64,000 bases of DNA from Leucoraja erinacea (taxonomy: Eukaryota). Numbering within the stretch: position 1 is the first letter of the stretch; every line of letters starts with the position of its first letter. The stretch is from positions 44,392,001 through 44,456,000 of the forward strand of contig NC_073384.1 of NCBI RefSeq assembly GCF_028641065.1, in the 5' to 3' direction. The translations under genes and the position numbers were made by a program. The notes beneath the pieces are model-generated. The model worked only from the letters and a program-made list of their open reading frames with translations, made no database searches and was not told the DNA's origin. This document shows, piece after piece, positions 38,500 to 51,504 of this stretch.

Positions 38500-38815
38500 A
38501 ATAGAAACATAGAAATTAGGTGCAGGAGGAGGCCGTTTGGCCCTTCATTGTGATCATGGCTGATCATCCATGGTCAGTAACCCGTGCCTGCCTTCTCCCC
38601 ATATCCCACGATTCCGCTAGCCCCCAGAGCTCTATCTTAACTCTTTTTAATTCATGCAGTGAATTGGCCTCTACTGCCTTCTGTGGCAGAGAATTTCACA
38701 ACTCTGGGTGAAAAAAGTTTTTTTCGCATATCAGTTTTAAACCAAGATTCGCTATAGATCTTTGGTTTTAAATGACCTCTCCTTTATTCTTAGACTGGTT
38801 CTGGACTCTCCCAAC
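38500..38815 (-). mobile_element. CR1 3' end in calmodulin intron 1, carrying a 23-bp insertion
   Basis: agaaacatagaaattaggtgcagga tail; same family as 2355 and 34995. Confidence 0.85.
38742..38764. mobile_element. Probable P-element excision footprint
   Basis: CCAAGATTCGCTATAGATCTTTG between 8-bp direct repeats GTTTTAAA (38734-38741, 38765-38772); termini resemble the CAAAGAT TIR ends. Confidence 0.65.
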
Positions 38816-39405
38816 AGGTGGCGATTCTGTCACCTCGCTTGGTTTTCCTTGTATTTTATGGGGTTTTTTGGGGGGGGGGTTGGAGGATGAGCGAGGTTGT
38901 CATTGAAGTCTACTGAGGTCTGACTGCTGGCTGGGTGGAATTTTGGGATTTTACTTTTCCAGTTTCAAGCTTTGTTCCTCTTGCCTCAGTGACCATTTAC
39001 ACTTCAATGGCTTTTGACGTATTTAACGAGCTGCTTTGAAACTGCCCTACTGGTGATGAAGATCAAACTTTTTAAAATCCCAATAAGTGAATTGGAACTT
39101 AATTTGAATATGTTATGTTAAGTATACGGTAGTCAATGCTTCTATGGTGAAACTGTTTTCTAGAGAATTTTGTGTTGGTAGAGGGTTAATGTGTATAGAA
39201 ATAGGTTTTGGAAACTTACACCCTGGTTTTGTTTTGCCTATTGAATTAGTCTTAATGTCAAATTATCACAATACGTGATCTGAAGAAAATCCTGAAAAAT
39301 TCATTGTAAATGTTGAGGTATTTATTAACACAAAGTATGTTATCTTAAAACTTTAGTGTCTTTAATTGGAGTGCAACATCTTTAAACTAAGCTGCTTAGC
39401 TTTTT

Positions 39406-39578
39406 AGAGGTAGACAAACATGCTGGAGAAACTCAACGGGTGAGGCAGCATCTATGGAGCGAAGGAAATGGACAACGTTTTGAGCCAAAATCCTTCTTCA
39501 GACTGAAAAAGCCTCACCCACTGAGTTTCTCCCAGCATTTTTGTCTACATCTGATTTTCCAGCATCTGCACTTAAACA
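39406..39578. mobile_element. Short fold-back Penelope-derived element
   Basis: Inverted terminal copies; 14-bp TSD CTGCTTAGCTTTTT at 39392-39405 and 39579-39592. Confidence 0.75.
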
Positions 39579-39739
39579 CTGCTTAGCTTTTTGTTTGACT
39601 TTATTAAGTGTTTTGTAAACTTGAGATTCCCCATGGAGAGTAATTTTGAGATTTATTTGTTCGACCCCTCTAAATTTGTTAGTCTATTATGGCTATCTTG
39701 CGTAAGGAAAGTGTGTAATTTGCAAACGTTTGTTTTTAG

Positions 39740-39770
39740 GCTGATCAACTAACAGAAGAGCAGATTGCTG
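39740..39770 (+). CDS. CALM2: Calmodulin exon 2
   Basis: tttttag|GCT GAT CAA.. ADQLTEEQIA, |gtaagt; 31 nt. Confidence 0.97.
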
Positions 39771-40777
39771 GTAAGTCTAATTAAGCTTCCCTATCTGAGG
39801 AGAAGAGGAATGCTCTTAAATAAATGTGTGACCCAGGAAGTGTTTTTACTGTCTTGTTGAATTATGGGATCAGTAGATTATATCTCAGTTTTTGAGCACC
39901 TAGACTTGAATTATTGCTTAATGGTTTATTTGAGATTCATGATGTGTATAGTTCAGTTGGGGTTTATGAAAGGAACAGTACCAAGCATTTTCTGGTGAAG
40001 TTTGAACAATGTTTTTTATTTCACCTTTACTGGGTAAATTGAATAATTAAATAGGAGGAAAGTTGAATTTCTGGTGCTATATACTACTTGGTGTAGTTTA
40101 GCTTCCTGGAAGACATTTGCATAATTGATTAAGTGCATTGGCAGTGTGGATCTGCTGAGACGAGAGTACAGTGTCAACATATAGACAGTACCTGTAATGG
40201 TTGAAGGATATGGGGCATCTTGGTTGACATGGGCGAGTTGGGCTGAAGGGCGTACTGCCATGCTATATATCTCTATGAACAATAATCCAAGTATTTCTGA
40301 AGAAAGGTCTTGACCTGAAAAGTCACTCATTCCTTCTCTCCAGAGATGCTGCCTGTCCTGCAGAGTTACTCCAGCTTTTTGTGTCTCCCTATCTCTAGTA
40401 TTTTGAATGACTGGATGGCCTTAGTGCTTTTTGACAAATCAAAATTCTGGTATGGCCCAAACTGCTGCAGTAGTACAATTTGATTTTTATTTTAATTATT
40501 CAGGACCACAAAGAAGTCCACAGCATTTTAACTGTTAACAGTAATGAGACAAAATACACACAAATGTACAAATGCTGAAATCTTGAGGTTAAAAAAAACT
40601 GCTGGAGGAGCTCAGCCAGTCAGGCAGCATCTGTGGTGGGAAATAGACAGATGATACTGGGTTGTGACTCTTCTTCAGAGTTGGTGCAAGGATGTAATTT
40701 AAGTGATGGAGATTAGATTTACCAATGATATATCAATTGTTAACATGGATGTAAAGACTTCTTGAAGCATGGGTTAA

Positions 40778-41023
<246 letters not shown>

Positions 41024-41048
41024 TAACTTGAGTATTTGGTTTCACTAA

Positions 41049-41195
<147 letters not shown>

Positions 41196-42106
41196 TAAAC
41201 TTGCATACTAAAGATTCTTTATGCTTTCTTTGGCATATCTAAAATGCTAACAAGTTGGATTTTATCTGTATTGTTGCTCTTGGTATACAAGACTCACTTT
41301 TGAGTACACACTTTGTTTTGGATTGAGCCTTAACTTTAGGATACTTCCAATATAGGCCTCTGGTGGTTTGTTTTCATAGCCATGTATTAAACGTGGTTGT
41401 TATTGGTATGGAATGTGGTAACCGTTATACGCAGTAATGGGAGACTCCTGGTTGAAAGAACCAGAGCACCTGGTTGAGCAACCTTGCTCTGAAACAATAA
41501 CATTGGACCTTTTGAGCAGATAGGATCTGTTAATCTTAAAGGTGGTGGGTAATTTGTACAAATCAGTTACATTGTTCTTGTGGACAAAGCTCTATTAATG
41601 TTCAGGTACAGAAGTCTGGATGGATGTTTGTGTTGCACTCGCTGGGAATAGTGGTGTAATTTCAAGCTCTTGAGCATGGTAATTTGGATATAGAAATCAG
41701 AACCACAAGGAAGATTGCTTATAGGCATTTAACAAATTTGATAGATGAATATGTGTTGGACAGAGACCAATTGATTAGATTTTTTTTGGTGTTCTTAACA
41801 TGGATGTTGACTAGAGAATACACAATTTGGGGGGGGGGGCAGTGCCTCAAAATTGACATTAGCCACTGAGGACTGGTTTTTTATGATTTTAGTTCTTTAC
41901 CACTGAAGGCTTTGTTTTTGAACATGATTGGAATGGAATTGTGGTAGGGATCAGCTATGATCTTATCCATTATAACGTATGCTCCACCTGGCATACTGCC
42001 ACTTGGTATGGGATTTTAACTTGTAGAAAGTTGTTTTTAACATTTCAACCCTTTCCCTTAAGACTATTAAGTACTGATATGTTCTGTATCTTTAAACTTA
42101 GAATGA

Positions 42107-42295
<189 letters not shown>

Positions 42296-43419
42296 TGATT
42301 TGTTTCAGATGGTCTGCAACCTTTGGCAGAATGACCCACCGAGTCTGTGCTGACTATCATTAACTTGCATGTTTACAGTAGTCCCTTAAGGTGTGAGGAT
42401 AATATTTTACTATCTGATGTTGATTGCCAAATGTAAATCGCTATCAACCAAGTAACCTGAGGTATTCCTAGTTGAACTCTATGATGAGGCAGTTTACATT
42501 AACCCCCAAAAGTTCCTTGAATCAATAAAATATTTCAATTTGTTTAACTGCTTTTGTGCTTTGAGAATGCATCAAGGGGATTCCCAAACTATCATTGGCT
42601 CATCAACTTAAATATGTTGGTAGTGTAAGGAAGTGAGCATTGGATTTTGTTTGAAAATGTAACTGACTACCTATGCATTCTTTACCAAGTTAAAAAACGT
42701 GTCGAGTTGTGAAACTTGCTAAATAACTTGTTGACTTCGACTGAGGTTGTTTGGAAATTAGTAATGGGATACTCAATGTAAAATATATTGTTTAATGCCT
42801 GGAGTGTTTCATGGGAAAGAGTTTTCATCACTTGCTTTCTAGGCCATGAAGTCAGTAGTAGAATGATGCATTTTATGCTTGTACTATATTTATTTGCCAT
42901 AACATTTTAAACTCATTTTACTAACCATGTTGGATTGCATGGATCATCCCAATCAGCTTTAACTGATACTTTTACTGATGCATCTTAACAGTAATACCCC
43001 TTGGCTTTCTTGGTTGCATTGGAATTTTTAATGAAAATTTAACTAAAATTGCAAATTTACATTCTAGTATTGTGTGCAACTGTTGTACTTGAGTGAGTAC
43101 CTTGCAACCAATAGGATTGATTATAATAAACCAGGAGCAAGACTGCTTCAATGTCTTGCAATTTTAATTTCAAACTGATTTAAAATTTTCAACAAATTCT
43201 CCCTTGATTTTATTGGTAAGATGAAGTTTGCAAAACTATTTTCTTCCCCCAAGGTACTTTGTGGCACTTAAAACTAATTGGGAGATTGTAAATCTGACTT
43301 TTTGAAATGGGTTTTGAGGTGGTAATGTAGAGGCAAGTTGAAACTCAAACAAGGCATTAATTAGGTTACTTGGGTCTTGCTGTTTGAGCAACTCATGATG
43401 TTTCCTCCTTCCTTTACAG

Positions 43420-43448
43420 AGTTCGTACAGATGATGACTGCAAAGTGA
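43420..43448 (+). CDS. CALM2: Calmodulin exon 6 (EFVQMMTAK*)
   Basis: Total CDS is 450 nt, giving the canonical 149-aa vertebrate calmodulin. Paralog assigned from the CALM2-type 3'UTR and STPG4 adjacency. Confidence 0.95.
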
Positions 43449-44070
43449 AGATCTTGTACAGAAAACTGTTAATTTTCTTGTAAAAAAAAAACATTGTTTA
43501 TTTGCCTTCCTTTGTTTGTAATTTCTGTAACGTTTCTCTCCCTGCCCTAACTGTAAAACATTTGCATGTATAGTGGGTAGAGTTAGTCCGTTACTTTCTT
43601 TCATTATCATCTTGTCATTGTTTTCCTTTGCATTTGAGAAGACTATTGGTGTAACAAGTTGCATGTGGCTTTATCTTGAAGTGCATCAAAGCTCTTCTAC
43701 ACATTCAAAGCTACAAAAGAACATGTGGTTTAACGAGGGATCATCTGGATATGTTGCTATGAGGAAATGGCTGACACGTGATGCATTGCTGTTAAAATGC
43801 AGAGTTATCACTGCATGGAATGAGGACAAAGCTTAAAATCTCTCAGCATTGCACTACTGCAAAACGGGTGTATCATCCAGGTACTCGTACACTAAAACCT
43901 ATTTTGTATTTGCTGTTCCATACAAGGAAGCATTCATGTTTTCTTACTGTGCTTTCAAAATTTTGTTTAGCCATTGAGTTCTCTCTGAAATCTGCTTTGG
44001 CACAAAACATGCCTGAAATCCATTCCAAGTTGTATATTTTTTTCCAATAAAACTACAATTTACCCAAAAC
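43449..44070 (+). other. CALM2: Calmodulin 3'UTR with polyadenylation signal AATAAA (44046-44051)
   Basis: Blocks resembling the recalled mammalian CALM2 3'UTR (TTGCACTA.TGCAAAACGGGTGTAT.ATCCAGGTACTCGTACACTA; ATCCATTCCAAGTTGTATATTT..CCAATAAAA..TACAATTTACCCAA). Confidence 0.85.
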
Positions 44071-44659
44071 AGCACTCTTGTTATTGACATTTATTCCTGA
44101 AATTCAGTGACTCAGTAAATTTTGGAATCTGCTATACTAATTACTTGTGATCTTGGGTAAATTATTTGCTGTCATACCAATTTGTCTTAAATTTGTGGAG
44201 GTAACTCTGATTACCATTTTGTTAGTGTTTAAGTCCATTTTAGGAATTATAGATAGAATTTTCATTTTTAATCTGTGTCAAGGAACTGCCAAAACCAAAT
44301 GCTAGCCTTGCATTCGTAGGTTATAATGTAATTGTATAATTGATGTATGGAGTTGATCAATGATGTGCTGAATTTCTATTGAACTCGTTGATTATTTTAG
44401 GATTGCTTGCATTCCACTAGTTGATACAATGATGGTGATGTTAAATACTCTAATGCTAATGTTAGTTTGCCTTTATTGTGTTTTTTAGTTAATGTATTGA
44501 AAAATTTGGGTTCTTTGACAGTGGCACAATCCCCTATGAGCTGTGGGTTTTTGAATTCTGTGAATAGTACAGAATTCAACCACATGAAATTTGATTTGAG
44601 TATTTGTTTTTACAATAGGTTTAGTGATTTTCATCTGAAATTAGTACTAAGTCTAAATT

Positions 44660-45110
44660 TAAATAATATTGGTGAGACCAAGCACCGGCTCGGAGATCAT
44701 TTCGCTGAGCACATTCGCTCCGTCTGCTGTAACCAACCTGGTCTCCTGGTTGCTCAGCACTTTAACTCTCCCTCTCATTTCCAAATCTGACTTTTCTGTC
44801 CTGGGCCTCCTCCATTGTCAGAGTGAGGCTCGGAGCAAATTGGAGGAACAGCACCTCGTATTTCGCTTGGGCAGCGGTATGAACATTGACTTCTCTAACT
44901 TCAAATAGCCCTTGCTTTCCCTCTCTCTCCATATCCTCTCCTACACAGTTCTCCCACCAGTCTTACTGTCTCTGACAACATTCTATCTCTGTCCTGCCCA
45001 CTCCTGTGACATCAGTCTGAAGCAGGGTTTCGACCTGAAACATCACCCATTCCTTCTCTCCAGAGATGCTGCCTGGCCTGCTCAGTTACTCCAGCATTTT
45101 GTGTCTACTC
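44660..45110 (+). mobile_element. Penelope-like element 3' part (GIY-YIG endonuclease plus terminal repeat)
   Basis: IGETKHRLGDHFAEHIRSV..LLVAQHFNSPSH..RSKLEEQHLVFRLGS; hammerhead-like CTGAAGCAGGGTTTCGACCTGAAACATC at ~45016-45043. Confidence 0.88.
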
Positions 45111-45377
45111 TGGAATAATTAACTGGCATGAATTCTCAGTAAAAATGGACTGACAAGTTTATTTACGAAGCTTTTTTAATTGTGAACTTGATGTCTGTGA
45201 AGGATTATACTTGTGGGTAACAAAGGTAATGTCATAGTGTACAATGCACTATTGATGGATGTGAATGCTTGGGGTGATGTGCCAGACAAGAAGGTTGCTT
45301 TGTACTGGTTTGTCAAACTAGGTGGTTGGCAGCTTACTTAAATGTATTCCATCACATTCCATCAGATGGTGTAAAGC

Positions 45378-45582
45378 AAGGGTTCCCAACCTGGGGTAAA
45401 TTTACCCCAGGGGGTAAATTTCGCCTAATAAATTTGTACATTTGATTCTGGATTTGTTAAAAACAGTATTTTACATTTTTCCTCTTTGTTGGTTGCTTTA
45501 TTTATGGTAGAAGTGTAAACTCAAATTTCCGAACAAATCAGGGCAGGGGTAAATTTACTTCCAAAAATTGCCAGAGGGTAAT
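45378..45582 (+). mobile_element. hAT (Charlie-type) MITE, truncated by a CR1 fragment (~45583-45875, -)
   Basis: CAAGGGTTCCCAACCT terminus; repeated GGGGTAAATTT subterminal motifs; palindrome CCTGGGGTAAATTTACCCCAGG. Confidence 0.6.
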
Positions 45583-46162
45583 CAGTACCCCGTCCTGGCT
45601 TTTCCCCCATATTCCTTGATTCCCTTAGCCCTAAGCTAAATCTAATTCTCTTGAACATCCAGTGAATTGGTTGGCCTCTACTGCCTTCTGTGGTAGAGAA
45701 TTCCACAGATTCACAACTCTGGGTGAAAATGTTTTTCCTCATCTCAGTCCTAAATGGCCTACCCCTTATTCTTAAGATGTGACCCCTGGTTCTGGACTCT
45801 TCTCTCTTTCCCCCCCCCCCCCAACGCCTGGGGAATATTTTTCCAGCATCTACCCTGGCCACTCCAAGAATTTTGTATGTGTTGCTGTGCACTCCAATAA
45901 CTAGGTTTGATCCAGTCTGGGGTGTTGTCTTTGTATTATTCTCGGCCTGGATGCTATGGTTTCTCCTTCCATCTCAGACCATTTAGACAGCAAGTTAGCA
46001 GATGGTTTCTGTGACCTGAGCACATGGTTTCATGGCGCTTAATATTTGAGGATTCCCAAACCCCACTTTCCCCACGTCTGTACAACACACCAGCAATATA
46101 TTGTGGATCTTTTGGATGTGGTGGGGAACCTCTTGCAATAAATTTTGCACATCCTCTGGAAT

Positions 46163-46803
46163 GTAATCACAATCACAATAATACTTTATTAGCCAAGTAT
46201 GTTTTGCAACATACAAGGAATTATTTGCCAAGTCAGTCATACAAATAAAAAGCAACGGAACACACAATACATTTTAACATAAACATACACCACAGTGACT
46301 CCTCCACATTCCTCACTGATGGAACGTGAAAAAAAAGTTCAAATCCCTTCCAAGTTCTGGTGTCGGGGGGCCTGGAGCCCTCTGTTGACGGGATGATCTT
46401 GACTCCCATAGACGTCATTGGGGCCCTCTGCATCGGGGCGATCAGCTCGTGCATTGGGGGGGATGTCAGCTGGTTGAGCCTCTGCGTCGTTGGAGCTCCT
46501 GACCAGCCTCTCCCGAGACTGCGAGCTCTTGATGGTCAAGCCGCAGTTGGAACATTTCCAGGCAAGAGATCGGCTCCATTGATGGTAGGCGGTAGAGCGT
46601 CCTTGAGATGTGACCCGAAAATTAATCGCATCTCCGGCAAGGTAAGAAACAGAGAAAAGTTCCCCCCGACCCACTCCCCCTCGCGTAAAACAAACTGGAG
46701 AACATTTACATAAACTTTTAACACGCACTAAACATTTTTTTTTAAAAAGTCAATAAAACACAGACTGTTGGTGGGGCTACCAATCGTGCGGTACCCCTGG
46801 TGG
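46163..46803 (-). mobile_element. GC-rich non-coding retroposon
   Basis: Minus-strand AATAAA plus (TTGTGA)n tail; GC-rich body with the same layout as 12747-13894. Confidence 0.55.
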
Positions 46804-47121
46804 GATATACCGTTAATACCGTAATGTAAATGGCAAACCATGTTGATCCAGCTTGTTTGCTGCTGTTATACCCCTCATAATTTTAAATGGCTTGCATCAC
46901 AACTCCTGTTACCTCTGTTGCTTGGAAAATGGTTCACTCTCCTCCAACTGAAACACTCCATCCCAAGCATTATTGTTGTGCATCATCTCTGCACACTCCA
47001 GGGCTATCAATATTTCTAACAGCCGATGACTAAAACTGCATACAATACTTCCAACTGAGGTGTTACCAATGCTTTACAAAGTTAAACCATTGCCTTCCAT
47101 ATTCTCATTCAATTCGCCTAC

Positions 47122-47772
47122 TAATGAGCCTATCCCACACGCAATTTTTTTTCGCTGACTTGCCAACATCCATCATAGTCGCAGCAGGTCGTCGAAATTT
47201 TTCAACATGTCTACTGAACTTAGTCTGTTCGAAAGTCTACCATCCGGCAGACGTTACAAGGCCTACACCCACACCTCCAGACTTAGGAACAGCTTCATCC
47301 CCAGAGCTATAGCTGCTCTGAACTGGTCCTGCTGAGTGCCTCCCCCACCCCATGAACTGTCTCCCTCGGATGGTCACGTCGACCCAGCACAGACCTATTT
47401 GCGCTTTATACTGTTAACTTCTTTTTAATCTTGTTTCTTTGGGTGTCTACATTTTTAGCTAATTAAGTTATTACATCGGATGGAAGTTGCATTCCAAATC
47501 TCCTACCTCTGCAATGACAATAAAAGATTTTTTATTATTATTATGTTGAATACAGCGGTGACCAGAACAAGGTACGACTCTGGGCAACTACTCGTAACCA
47601 TACAGGCTTCACCCTGTGACATGTCGCCCGTGTGTCGCCTGTATGGTCGTGAGTAGTCTCCTCAGTCGCCCAAAGAGTCATAGCGTCTTTCTGGTCGCCG
47701 CTGAATTTTCCACATGTTGAAAGTTTTCGGCGACCTGCAACGACCTATGACCGGTGCCAGCAGTCGTCGAAT
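47122..47772. mobile_element. Palindromic PIF/Harbinger-like MITE with a nested Rex-Babar 3' fragment (~47211-47543, +)
   Basis: Terminus resembles GGGCCTGTCCCAC; long internal inverted symmetry; nested LPSGRRYKAY..SRLRNSFIPRAIAALN with a (TTA)n tail. Confidence 0.6.
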
Positions 47773-47901
47773 AATGAGCAACATCCCATATACTACCTTA
47801 ACATTATGCAACTGTGCTGCTACTTCTAAGGAACTGTGGCATTGTTGACCAATCTCACAGACTAAAACTAGTCTTTACCCTGTTAACAATTCATCTGTAA
47901 C

Positions 47902-48174
47902 AGTGTTGCAACTGCAGAGTTGCTGCCTTACAGTGCCAGATACCCAGGTTCGATGCCAGGTTCGATTCTGACTACAGGTGCTGTCTGTGGAGCTTGTACG
48001 TTCTCCCCGTGACGTGCGTGTGTTTTCTCAGATCTTTGGTTTCCTCTCACACTCGACCTACAGGTTTATAAGTTAATTGGCTTGGTATAAATGTAAAAGT
48101 ATCCCAAGTGTGCTGGCTGGTGTGGGTTCGGTAGGCCGAATAGCCTGTTTCCACATGGTATCTTTAAACTAAAC
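47902..48174 (+). mobile_element. V-SINE
   Basis: gagttgctgccttacagtgccaga..ccaggttcgat head; V-domain; taaactaaact tail. Confidence 0.8.
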
Positions 48175-49199
48175 TTGTCTGCTGCACCCACATTTGGATC
48201 ATTCATGTATATAACAGCATTGACCCTTGTGGAACACTAATCAAAGGCATCTAGTCGCAAAAACAACCCTTGACCACCACCCTCTCACCTATTACCAAAC
48301 TAATTTTGGATCCAATTTACTAAGTTGCCCTGCAATTGTGGGGCCCTAACCTTTTGGACCTTATCAAAGTCCAATCACTACTGTTACCTCTTCCTAGAAA
48401 TTCAGAAAGGAAGATGTGCAGTGAGAGTCTTAGTTGAGATTTTAGATAGTTATACTGCTTGGAAGTGGGCCCTTTAGCCCATCTTGCCCACTCTGGCCAA
48501 CATGTCCCAGCTACACTAGTCCCAACTACCTGCATTTAGCCCACATCCCTCTAAACCTGTCCTATCCACGGTGATAAATAAAAAATGATTGGCTTTAGTA
48601 GATACATTGCCTGATTATAGATGAGAAGCAGCACAGTTTGCTGAGAAAAGCAAGCAGTCAGGGTAATCTTTCGAACATCTAAATTTGGAGTGTCAGCTGA
48701 GGGTTGAAAGGTTGCAGATTTTTGTTAAAGTAGTGATCAACCCAATTAATTAAAATTGAGCAATGGGAAGAGTTCGAGAAACCAAGTACAAAAATAGGCC
48801 AAATGTGAAATGATCAGAGAACGCCAGCTGGTAAAAGGCAGTATATGAAATAATGGGTCAATGAGAGAAATATAGTTGTGTTATATGTGGGCATTTAATG
48901 CATTTGATCAGATAAGATTGCTTCAAGATCTAAAGGCCATGGAATAATGTTGGCCAACAGAACATCGAAACTGAACGGGCTTTTTTCAAGTGACGGGAGA
49001 TGTATAATGGTTTCCCTGGAGTCAATGGGAAGATTACCGATTCTCTTAATAATTGAACAGATTTTACGTATACGAAGTGAAAGTGTAGTAAACTGAAGAT
49101 AAATAGATTGGTCTCTTTTTTTCTGTTGATAGCTCATATAACTGAGCCATTTTACTTGATGTCAGTTACCAGATCTTTTGATGCAACCGATCGTCTTTG

Positions 49200-49330
49200 G
49201 GGTTTGAGTCGCGCTTCGTGTCATTTACAGAAATACTGACCCACACTCTACTTTCATTGCGACGAGGAAGTGTGCGTTCAGTTGCGCAGACCGGAAATCC
49301 TCTGGCGCCAAATCCTCCGAGCAAGTCGTG
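49200..49330 (+). promoter_or_regulatory. Candidate promoter of the STPG4-like gene
   Basis: Local CpG cluster with ETS-like GGAAGT/CCGGAA and E2F-like TGGCGCCAAA, ~600 bp upstream of the ATG. Confidence 0.4.
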
Positions 49331-49909
49331 AATGTCTATGTTGTCCTTAAAGAAACTCTTCGAAGGAGCATTTACATCACTACAAGAAAACAGTCCTTAA
49401 ACTTCTCGAAGCAACATCTATAAACACTGCAAGAAAAATAATTGTTTAAGACTTTGAGTTTTAATAATTTCATCTAACCAGTGGCCAGTGTGAGGAAGAT
49501 GTTGGTAATTCGATTTTAAACGAAACTACAAGGACAGGAGCTGATCGTAGTCTAGGTTACTTGGCGAGGGAGGAGACCGCTGGCAGAAGTAATTGTATCC
49601 ATAAAAAGTTGCAAGTACGCGTCACAATGGGTTCATCGCTGACAGCAGTGAGTTTTCTTAGCCATGTTTAAAGGCAACACTGCAAACTCAATTATTTTAA
49701 ACCGACGATTATACGAAAGGACTGTGGACTGTTATCACAGATTAATCGCCGATTATTTTTAATCAGCATATTCTTGCGATTGTTTTTGTTTGAACATTGG
49801 TGGTCATTAACAACAAAAATGCTCCCAAACTGGCAGTGAAGCTTCAGTCTGGGGATAAGGAAAACCCAACCAGTTGAGCTGAGTTTGTAAATAGAACCTC
49901 GGTAATGCT

Positions 49910-50038
49910 ATGAACATGAATACAGTCGCTTCCAACCCTCCTCCTGCAAAATTAACGAAGAAAAAAAACAATTTAAACAACAAATTGAAAGTAAAACCCA
50001 AAGATGTCAATAACGTTAAAAACAATCGTAATCGTAAG
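49910..50038 (+). CDS. STPG4: STPG4-like coding exon 1
   Basis: MNMNTVASNPPPAKLTKKKNNLNNKLKVKPKDVNNVKNNRNRK|gtaata; phase 0 fits the next exon; not recognisably conserved. Confidence 0.6.
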
Positions 50039-50149
50039 GTAATAGGAAATTATGAATTTTCTAAAAAGGCAAAGTTTTGGGTAGATTGTAATGCTACGTT
50101 CATTTGAGAAATTCATTAACCCTCAAATTATTTTCACTGATCGTTCCAG

Positions 50150-50218
50150 CAAAAGAGTAATTCGCGAACAGAAGACCAGGAAGCAACTAAAGGAGGGTGG
50201 TGGCAAAAAAATGTTAAT
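50150..50218 (+). CDS. STPG4: STPG4-like exon 2
   Basis: ttccag|QKSNSRTEDQEATKGGWWQKNVN|gtaagt; matches the recalled STPG4 'GWW' motif. Confidence 0.8.
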
Positions 50219-50419
50219 GTAAGTGTAGAAGGCATTGGAAATAGAACTAAGAACATGTAAGTGAGCATAACCAAATCTGCATATTAGTAAGGTTGTCATT
50301 TATACAATATCTCAAAGACCATTTAATGCAAATCTGGCACAAAGATAAACCATGGACTTGATGAGCCAAATAGTCTAATTCTGCTCCTGTGACATGATAA
50401 TAGGACAGCTTATGATGAT

Positions 50420-51035
50420 AGAAAAGATACAGAGTGCAGAATCTAGTTCTCAGCATTGTAGCACATCGGTTCCACAGACAGAGTCCAATGTTCACAATGG
50501 GGTAGAAATGAATCGGACGGTACCTTAGCCTGTCTGTCCAGAAGTCCAATAGCAGAGGGCATAAAGCTGTTCCTAAGTCTGGTGGTGAGTGCTTTCAAGC
50601 TTCTGTGCCTTCAGCTGGACGGGTGCAGGGAGAAGAAGAAATGTAGTTGATCAATAGTGAGGAATCTGGTCCATGCGATGGACTGGGCTCCAACTACAAC
50701 TCTGCAATTTCTTACAGTCTTTGGCAGATCTGTTCTCAAACCAAACTGTGATGTAACCTGACAGTATATTTTGGATGGTGCATCTGTCGAGATTTGTTAG
50801 AGTTATTGGATATGTACCGAATTTCCTCCGTCTCCTCAGGAAGTAGCAGTGTTGGTGCACCTACTTGGCTGCCACATTAATGAGGCTGGTCCGCAACAGC
50901 TCATTAGTGATATTAACGCCATGGAACTTAAGGCTCTAAACCATTTTCAGTTCGGCATCATTGATCCTGTTTGGAGCATGTACTCCACGCTTCCAAAAGT
51001 CCATAACTAGCTTTTTCATCTAGCTGACATTGAGA
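50420..51035 (-). mobile_element. Rex1/Babar LINE 3' fragment
   Basis: HQHCYFLRRRRKFG..LTNLDRCTIQNILSGYITVWF. Confidence 0.8.
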
Positions 51036-51504
51036 GGTTATTGTCTGTTATGCTGCTCACCTCAAATGGAAACTTTTAAAGCTGACTCTGCCAAAATATT
51101 ATATTATTTTAAAGATAACCGAGTCAGCTTTCTTTCCACCAGAGTCCATTCATCCTTCACTGAAAAGTATACTTTTGAGGTTCTCATATTATCTTTGTAT
51201 ATCTTCCCTGCACTGTCCCCAATGTCTTCATGTTTGATTATATAGTATGGTCACCTGAACTGTCCACCCTAATTTTCTAATGTGTGAAGATCATTCATAG
51301 AATAGTGCAGCAAAGGAAGAGACCCTTCTGTCCACAACATCTGAGTCAACTATAATATAGTTAGTCCCAAATACCCACACATGGTCTGTAATCTTCTTTT
51401 GCCTACTTATTCATGTAGTTGGCTAAATGTCTCTTCAATATTGCTATCATATTTGCTTCAACATTCCAGGCACATACCACTTGCTGTATAAAAGAGCTTC
51501 CTGA

